From a virus (Duplodnaviria > Caudoviricetes): DNA of 64,000 nucleotides. Location: IMG/VR virus record IMGVR_UViG_3300021387_000147; one strand, given 5' to 3'. Shown piece by piece: positions 58,090 to 64,000 of this stretch; positions within the stretch are counted from its first letter, which is position 1, and every line of letters begins with the position of its first letter. Below the pieces are notes generated by a model. It saw nothing but the letters and a program-made list of their open reading frames with translations, did no database searches and had not been told where the DNA came from. The translations under genes and the position numbers were made by a program.

Positions 58090-59235
58090 TCACTCTTTAT
58101 CTTTCTTAACGAATATCTCCATTAAACTAAATCCTACCAGATATAAACATCCAAGAACTAAGTATAACGTATTTCCTGTTATCAAGTTAGCTAATGTCGG
58201 TCCTATTATTCCAGCCACAGCCCATCCTGACAAAGTCATTGCATGCACTGTACTTACACTTGTACTTCCAAATCGTTTAGCTAATAATGAAGGTAAACAG
58301 CTAAAATTTCCTCCATAAGCATATTCTACCAATAATATACCTATCAGTGCAAGCCATGAAATCTGTGTGAAACATAAGAAACTTGCTATAATTCCAAAAC
58401 TACATACGTAATGATATGCCGCTTTTCTACCAATTTTATCTGACAAAGCACTCATTAAGAATCTACCTAAGATATTAAAGACTGCAGTCAAACTCATTAT
58501 AGTAGCTATTTCTTTAAATCCTAAACCTAATAACAAACTCTTTTCTTGTGATATAATTGCTAAACCACATGAAATATTGATACAGAACATTAACCAAACA
58601 GAGATATATTGCTTAGTCAAAAATACTGCATTCTTCAGAGTCATTATTGGAACTGCTGTATATATGGTACTTACATACGCAGGATTTGGCTTGAATAATA
58701 AATTACACATCATCATGATGAATAAGAATGCACCACATAATATCAAGAACATATACGGTAGTGCAACAGTACCTAATAAGAATTCAATTGCAGGAGCTGC
58801 GACAAATTTACCTAAACCAAATCCAGTAATTGCTAGTCCACTAGCCAATCCTTTATGATCTTCGAAATTACTCAACAATTGTTTAATAGGACAAACATAT
58901 CCTATACCAGTACCTGCTCCCATAAATGAACATGCAACATAATACAATGGAAGAATTCCAAAGAATGTTGATATGAACATTGAGAACATACCAATTGCAA
59001 ATAAAATTGTTGAAACAATACTCATTTTCTTAGGATTTAATTCAACTTGTCTACCAAAACAAGCAGCACACATACCTAAGAAAAAGATTATCAATGTAAA
59101 TCCAATATCTGTAGCAAACTTACTTATACCAAACAAAGTTTGCAAATCCATCGAATATTGTGAGAAATTATAAACTGTTCCTAAACAGGTTGGCAAAAAT
59201 ATGCCAGGTATCAATATATTTAAATATCTATTCAT
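58090..59235 (-). CDS. MFS transporter, OFA (oxalate:formate antiporter)-like
   Basis: many TM segments; GIGYVCPI, KGLASGLAITGFGLG, FNILGR..LSDKIGR, YGGNFS. Confidence 0.88.
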   Translation of the reverse strand: MNRYLNILIPGIFLPTCLGTVYNFSQYSMDLQTLFGISKFATDIGFTLIIFFLGMCAACFGRQVELNPKKMSIVSTILFAIGMFSMFISTFFGILPLYYVACSFMGAGTGIGYVCPIKQLLSNFEDHKGLASGLAITGFGLGKFVAAPAIEFLLGTVALPYMFLILCGAFLFIMMMCNLLFKPNPAYVSTIYTAVPIMTLKNAVFLTKQYISVWLMFCINISCGLAIISQEKSLLLGLGFKEIATIMSLTAVFNILGRFLMSALSDKIGRKAAYHYVCSFGIIASFLCFTQISWLALIGILLVEYAYGGNFSCLPSLLAKRFGSTSVSTVHAMTLSGWAVAGIIGPTLANLITGNTLYLVLGCLYLVGFSLMEIFVKKDKE

Positions 59236-59270
59236 AGTACTATATTTATGTAAAAGAAAAAGCACTATTT

Positions 59271-59558
59271 CTAGTGCTTTTTAAATTTCTTTATCAATAC
59301 AAATAATATAATTAAGAATATACTTGCTATAAAATAATTACATAGATTTGATATTAACCAGTGTCCAGTACTTATACTTACAAATAAAACATATAACGCA
59401 CTGAATATATTTCCTCCAAAATCCATCAAAAGCATCTTAAAACTTAAGCCTTCAGTAGATTTCTTTTTCCAACACTCCCATACTTGAGGTGCTGATTTAC
59501 ATGCAAATAAAACTGCACCAATAAAACCACTTATAATAGCTAATATCTCAATACTCAT
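59271..59558 (-). CDS. PQ-loop / SemiSWEET-like transporter
   Basis: 95 aa, three TM helices, APQV...KSTEGLS. Confidence 0.8.
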   Translation of the reverse strand: MSIEILAIISGFIGAVLFACKSAPQVWECWKKKSTEGLSFKMLLMDFGGNIFSALYVLFVSISTGHWLISNLCNYFIASIFLIILFVLIKKFKKH

Positions 59559-59567
59559 ACAAATTAT

Positions 59568-60026
59568 TTATAGTTCAGTCAATACAGTATTATATTCTAC
59601 AATCTTCTTCTTTCCTGATTCTGGATCTACTTCCTTACGCTTCAAGAACATAGCCAACTGAGTGTCCATATCCTTATCCAATTCCTTATAGAAAGTCAAA
59701 GTGTATTCAGTGTTAGGAACTCCAGTCTTATCAACCTTAATAACTGCTGCAATGTTTTCTAACTTTGCTTCAAACTGCATTCCTGCAAAATCAACTGTAT
59801 ACTTCATTCTATAATCTGTCAATGGAATGTTTACCTTATCCCAATTATCATTAGATGCTGATGCACTAAAGATATTTGACAAATCAATCTGTTTCTTGAA
59901 CTGTTGTGGTAAACCTCTAATTGTAGAATCTTCATTTACCTTTAACTGAAACATGACATAAACATCTTCCTTCTTGATATTTGGTTGAAATTTAGTCATA
60001 ACTGAATCGAATCTAACTGTATTCAT
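59568..60026 (-). CDS. hypothetical protein
   Basis: 152 aa, GAGG RBS. Confidence 0.7.
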   Translation of the reverse strand: MNTVRFDSVMTKFQPNIKKEDVYVMFQLKVNEDSTIRGLPQQFKKQIDLSNIFSASASNDNWDKVNIPLTDYRMKYTVDFAGMQFEAKLENIAAVIKVDKTGVPNTEYTLTFYKELDKDMDTQLAMFLKRKEVDPESGKKKIVEYNTVLTEL

Positions 60027-60195
60027 CTTTTACCTCTTATTTTAAATGTTTTATACAAATATAATAATTTAAATGATCTTTATGTGTTATTATACTCTTC
60101 TTTTATTCTAATTTTTAATTGAAGATAATCAAATCTTCGATTTGATACAACTTCTATGAAGTTGTTATTAAATTTAATTGAATCTTATATACATG

Positions 60196-60529
60196 TTCTT
60201 CGGTGGTAGGAGCTAGGAGAGAATGAGCCTATCCAGGAAGAATAATTGGATAGGCACAAAGATATACATCACTTCGCTGTATAGGTTTTGCTTATCGGTC
60301 ATTCGAGACTTATATTCATGCTTACGGGTCGGTCATCCTGTACTCCGGCTACATCATGAAATGCTATGGCGGCATACGAATTACTTGCTAGATAATTCTT
60401 CGATACTGTATCGTTATTAGTGACAAGTTTACACTATCTACCTAATCATTTTATGTGCACTTACAGTTTTCATGCAAACGGCTCACCCTCTACCGATAGT
60501 TCCATTGAGTTGGTCTTCGCTCCGAGGAA
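60196..60529 (-). ncRNA. candidate ~330-nt structured RNA
   Basis: nested end pairings TTCCTCGG/CCGAAGAA, GGAACTA/TAGCTCC, AGAGGGTGAGCC/GGCTCATTCTCT; TTTACA-16-TATATT promoter just upstream. Confidence 0.55.
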
Positions 60530-60693
60530 TGAGACTTGAAAATTTTATGTTCAAATATAAATCATTAAAAAATTTTGTAAAACAGGCCTCATATAAATCT
60601 TCCAAATGTTTTGAAATTTCGGAAATATTGACTGATTACTGCAATTCCGACTTGGAAAAATTATATTATATTTGTGTTATCATAGGAGATTTT

Positions 60694-61137
60694 ATGAAGT
60701 TAGAAGACTTTATTTTAGATGAAAAGAAATTTGAAAGCATAGAAAAACAAGCAGAATTAGACTTGAATGGCATGCCAGATAATATAAAGGATGCCATGGA
60801 CTATAATGCTTTTCAACTTCCAAACATTCAGTTTGAATGGTCTCGTAGATTTAAGAGACAAAAATATGTAGTAGAATGTTTGAAAGATGAATTAAAAAAT
60901 CTATGGGGAAAGAAAGTAGAATATTATAAATTTAAGTCACAATATCATTGGGACACAACTAAAGAAATTGAGTCTCAAATTGAATGTGATCTTGAATGGT
61001 GTAAAAAGAAAAAGCTATATCAAATTCAGTGTTATTATCTTGAAAGCATTGAACAATGGTATGAGCTAATCAAGAAATTAGATTATAAAATACATGATTA
61101 TCTTGATTATAAGAAGATGGAGTTAACAAATTTCTAA
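60694..61137 (+). CDS. uvsY: UvsY-like recombination mediator
   Basis: 147 aa from MKLEDF after AGGAG; helical EYYK..KEIESQIECD..IKKLDYKIHDYLDYKK pattern; near gp46. Confidence 0.6.
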   Translation: MKLEDFILDEKKFESIEKQAELDLNGMPDNIKDAMDYNAFQLPNIQFEWSRRFKRQKYVVECLKDELKNLWGKKVEYYKFKSQYHWDTTKEIESQIECDLEWCKKKKLYQIQCYYLESIEQWYELIKKLDYKIHDYLDYKKMELTNF

Positions 61138-61487
61138 TGTCGGTATTTAGTATGTATAATATCCCAGCAAATAATAGTTTAGGAACATCAGGCAATGCAA
61201 CTGCAGGTTATTGTGATACAGCAGTTGATTCTATTGCACCATATAAAGAAAGTATGTTTTGGAATATCCTCCATTCATATAGAAAATATAATAATGAATC
61301 TGCACAAATCAGAAATGATATTTGTAAAGAAATGAAAGTCATGGCGATGGATGTTCTAGATTATCTGATGACAACTTATGATTTAACACCAAATCAGTTG
61401 ATGCTACTTTATTTGAGATGCACAGATGATTTTTACAAGAAATTGGTTAAGATGGTAGCAATTAAGAGAATAGGTTTACATGAGTAA
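61137..61487 (+). CDS. hypothetical protein
   Basis: 116 aa, coupled. Confidence 0.6.
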   Translation: MSVFSMYNIPANNSLGTSGNATAGYCDTAVDSIAPYKESMFWNILHSYRKYNNESAQIRNDICKEMKVMAMDVLDYLMTTYDLTPNQLMLLYLRCTDDFYKKLVKMVAIKRIGLHE

Positions 61488-61920
61488 TTTTATAGACGAA
61501 GTAGTTCAAGAAGAAAATACAGAAAGTATCATTGATGCTATTAAGAAAGCAAGTATAGCAATTGCAAAACAACCAATTCAAGTAAAAACAAGAAAATTAA
61601 GGTCATCATTTTCTTTGGATATGCAACAAGATATTAAAGCAATGCATGGTGGAGAAAAAGATGATTTCCATGGATGGTTGCATGATATTAAGAAGATGTC
61701 ACAAGATGACTATTATAAGCTGGATGAAAAAGCTCAACATAGACTTTATAAGGAATATCAACTTGATTCAGTTTATAAGGAAGATGACAGAGAAAAGAAA
61801 TGGAAGCCACGTGGTCTATTTGATGATATGTTAGATGGATTGCAGAATGAAATGCAACGTGAAATGGACAGAGAAATTCTGAATGAAATCATGAATAAGA
61901 AGCCATCAAAGAAAAAATAA
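61480..61920 (+). CDS. small protein with gp23 major-capsid-like segments
   Basis: KTRKLRSSFSLDMQQDIKAMHG and LQNEMQREMDREIL. Confidence 0.6.
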   Translation: MSNFIDEVVQEENTESIIDAIKKASIAIAKQPIQVKTRKLRSSFSLDMQQDIKAMHGGEKDDFHGWLHDIKKMSQDDYYKLDEKAQHRLYKEYQLDSVYKEDDREKKWKPRGLFDDMLDGLQNEMQREMDREILNEIMNKKPSKKK

Positions 61921-61950
61921 TTTGTATATTTCATGTAAAGGAACGATAAT

Positions 61951-63702
61951 ATGTTTGTACAGTTTAATAAATTAAGATTTAAGAATATATTGAGTTATGG
62001 AAATAACTTTACTGAAATTGATTTTTCAAATGGAATAAATTTGATTCGTGCTCCTAACGGAAGTGGTAAGTCAACTATTCTTGATGCGTTGAATTTCGTT
62101 TTATTTGGAAAGCCTTTCAGAAATATCAAGTTGAATAGACTAATCAACCGTATCAATGAAAAGAACCTTGTTACTGAAATTGAATTCAATATTGGATTTG
62201 ATAAGTGGAAGATTGTTCGTGGTTTGAAGCCTACTGTATTTGAAATTTATAAGAATGGTCAAGTTCTAGATAAATTATCTTCTAAGAAACTTAATCAGGC
62301 TGAAATTGACAAATTACTTGGTATTAATCAGAAGTTATTTAAGAATATTGTTGGTGTAGCAGTCACTAACAATAAGCCTTTCTTGAGTATGCCTATTTGG
62401 GAAAAGCGTGAATTGATTGAAAACATTTTCAATATTGACGTATTGGCAGAAATGAGTAAGGAAGTCAAGAGACGTAAGACTCTTGAACAGTCTGAAGAAA
62501 AGTTGAAGATTACTGAATCTTCAGCTCTAGAAAAGCAGATAAATGATAATAAGAAATATATTAGTGATATGACTCAGTATATCGCTAACTTCAATACGAA
62601 TAATGAAAATGACAAAGCAAATGTTGTTGCTCGTATTGATGAATTGAATAAGATTGTATTGAAGAATCAAAAGAATATCAAGGTTGCTACAGATAAGATA
62701 ATAGAGCTTCAAGAGAAGACAAAAGAAGTACCTGATACAAATGCATATTCTAAGACAATTAAGTCTCTAGGTATATCAGAAAACGAAAAGAAGCGTATTC
62801 AAAAGACATTAGACCAATTGAAGGACAATCCTTTGTGTCCAATGTGTGGTTCTGAATTATCTGGTGAACATGCTAAAAAGCATATAAAGGAATTGACTGA
62901 AGAAATTGATAGACTGACAAATACAGTCATTCCTAAATTGAAGGCAGAAGAAGATGAATACAATGCATTGAAGAAAGAATATGATGCAAATATTGCAATG
63001 ATTAGAAACATTGAGATGAGAAAGTCTCAAGAAGAATTGTCATTGAATAATTCTAATGGTGAAATCAATCAATGTAATAAGAAACTTGAAGAAATTGATA
63101 AGCGTCAGTGTCCATTCAATTTGGATGAATATAAAGAAAAGGTCAAGACTTTAAATGAACAAATGACTGAATTGAAGAAAGTTATTACAGGCTTGACACA
63201 TCAGATTGAAATTGACAAGGAATTGATTGATATTTTGGGTGATGATGGTATTAAGGTATATTTCTTTAGAAAGTTAATTCCAATTTTGAATCAGAATATC
63301 AATTCATATTTGAAGAAATTTGAATTACCAATTTGTCTAGAATTTGATGAACAAATGCAAGAGACAATTATCAATGGCCGTTCAGATATGGAATATGACC
63401 AATTCTCAGGTGGTGAAAAGACACGTATTGATATGAGTGTATTGTTGTCATTCTTTAATATCAGTCGTATTATTTCAAACTGGAGTTGCAACTTGCTATT
63501 CATTGATGAAATTTTGGATGGAGGTATTGATAAGAATGGTATTGAACAATTCTTGGCAACATTGTATAACATTGTTTCAGATAATGAAAAAAAGTTAGGA
63601 ATTTATCTAGTATCACATAAGATTGATGACGTTAAGATAGAAATAAATAAAACAATAGAGATTAAGAAGAAAGGTTTATTTAGTGAATTAGAGGTAAAAT
63701 AA
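61951..63702 (+). CDS. gp46/SbcC/Rad50-like ATPase
   Basis: FKNILSYGN, PNGSGKST, zinc hook CPMCG, FSGGEK, FIDEILD, VSH. Confidence 0.93.
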   Translation: MFVQFNKLRFKNILSYGNNFTEIDFSNGINLIRAPNGSGKSTILDALNFVLFGKPFRNIKLNRLINRINEKNLVTEIEFNIGFDKWKIVRGLKPTVFEIYKNGQVLDKLSSKKLNQAEIDKLLGINQKLFKNIVGVAVTNNKPFLSMPIWEKRELIENIFNIDVLAEMSKEVKRRKTLEQSEEKLKITESSALEKQINDNKKYISDMTQYIANFNTNNENDKANVVARIDELNKIVLKNQKNIKVATDKIIELQEKTKEVPDTNAYSKTIKSLGISENEKKRIQKTLDQLKDNPLCPMCGSELSGEHAKKHIKELTEEIDRLTNTVIPKLKAEEDEYNALKKEYDANIAMIRNIEMRKSQEELSLNNSNGEINQCNKKLEEIDKRQCPFNLDEYKEKVKTLNEQMTELKKVITGLTHQIEIDKELIDILGDDGIKVYFFRKLIPILNQNINSYLKKFELPICLEFDEQMQETIINGRSDMEYDQFSGGEKTRIDMSVLLSFFNISRIISNWSCNLLFIDEILDGGIDKNGIEQFLATLYNIVSDNEKKLGIYLVSHKIDDVKIEINKTIEIKKKGLFSELEVK

Positions 63703-63995
63703 TGGCAGAGATCTATAAAGAACGTTGGTACAAAATAGATTTTAAGAATGCAACATATTATACAGAATCAGCAGGCTTTACCAGAAAGCCTTTTGATTTG
63801 TTTGATTATGAGACACAGATCTATTTTCACCCACAGACAAATTTACAGTTCAAATTCAAACAAGGTCAAGGTGATACAATAGGATTTTATATTTCTCCAT
63901 ATCTAGGAGAAAAGCCAATTACCTTTGAAGAATTTGAGAAGGTATGGAATGAATATGGAAAACGAGAAAAAGTGGAGACTCTTAAAGAATTCTGA
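63702..63995 (+). CDS. hypothetical protein
   Basis: 97 aa, coupled to gp46. Confidence 0.55.
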   Translation: MAEIYKERWYKIDFKNATYYTESAGFTRKPFDLFDYETQIYFHPQTNLQFKFKQGQGDTIGFYISPYLGEKPITFEEFEKVWNEYGKREKVETLKEF

Positions 63996-64000
63996 TATAA

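Noticed and set aside
60223-60693. ORF 60223-60420 and the N-terminal extension of ORF 60472
   Set aside because: They overlap the structured non-coding block and promoters; the RBS supports a start at 60694.
1-64000. Stop-codon reassignment or suppressor tRNAs
   Set aside because: Genes are full length in the standard code, TAG ends several genes, and no tRNA has a CTA, TTA or TCA anticodon.
1-64000. Host assignment
   Set aside because: Promoter form and codon bias alone are insufficient to name a host.

Overview
AT-rich segment of a large T4-like (myovirus) phage genome, standard genetic code. 1-14.2 kb: mostly minus-strand early hypothetical genes behind a repeated sigma70-type promoter with an upstream TGTAAA-N6-TTTACA box, a MoxR-like AAA ATPase, a VWA protein, and plus-strand paralogs sharing an N-terminal LxEAKxxLxxxGY leader. 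14.2-22.4 kb: a minus-strand RNA array fed by four tandem promoters. It holds about 34 tRNA genes covering all 20 amino acids (none encodes CCA; about 28 end in CTA). Interleaved are at least 10 copies of a conserved stem/CAGCAA 'wrapper' RNA carrying circularly permuted (YrlA-like) tRNA mimics or tRNA fragments, plus other structured RNAs. 23-27 kb: carbamoyltransferase, dCMP hydroxymethylase-like enzyme and dNMP kinase (probable cytosine hypermodification). 30-58 kb: baseplate, tail tube, sheath, neck and late sigma genes, and a large terminase split into two divergently transcribed genes joined by an atypically split intein. 58-64 kb: MFS and PQ-loop transporters, a ~330-nt structured non-coding region, a UvsY-like gene, a small capsid-like fragment protein and a gp46/SbcC ATPase. 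All calls come from manual motif reading; no database searches were run.
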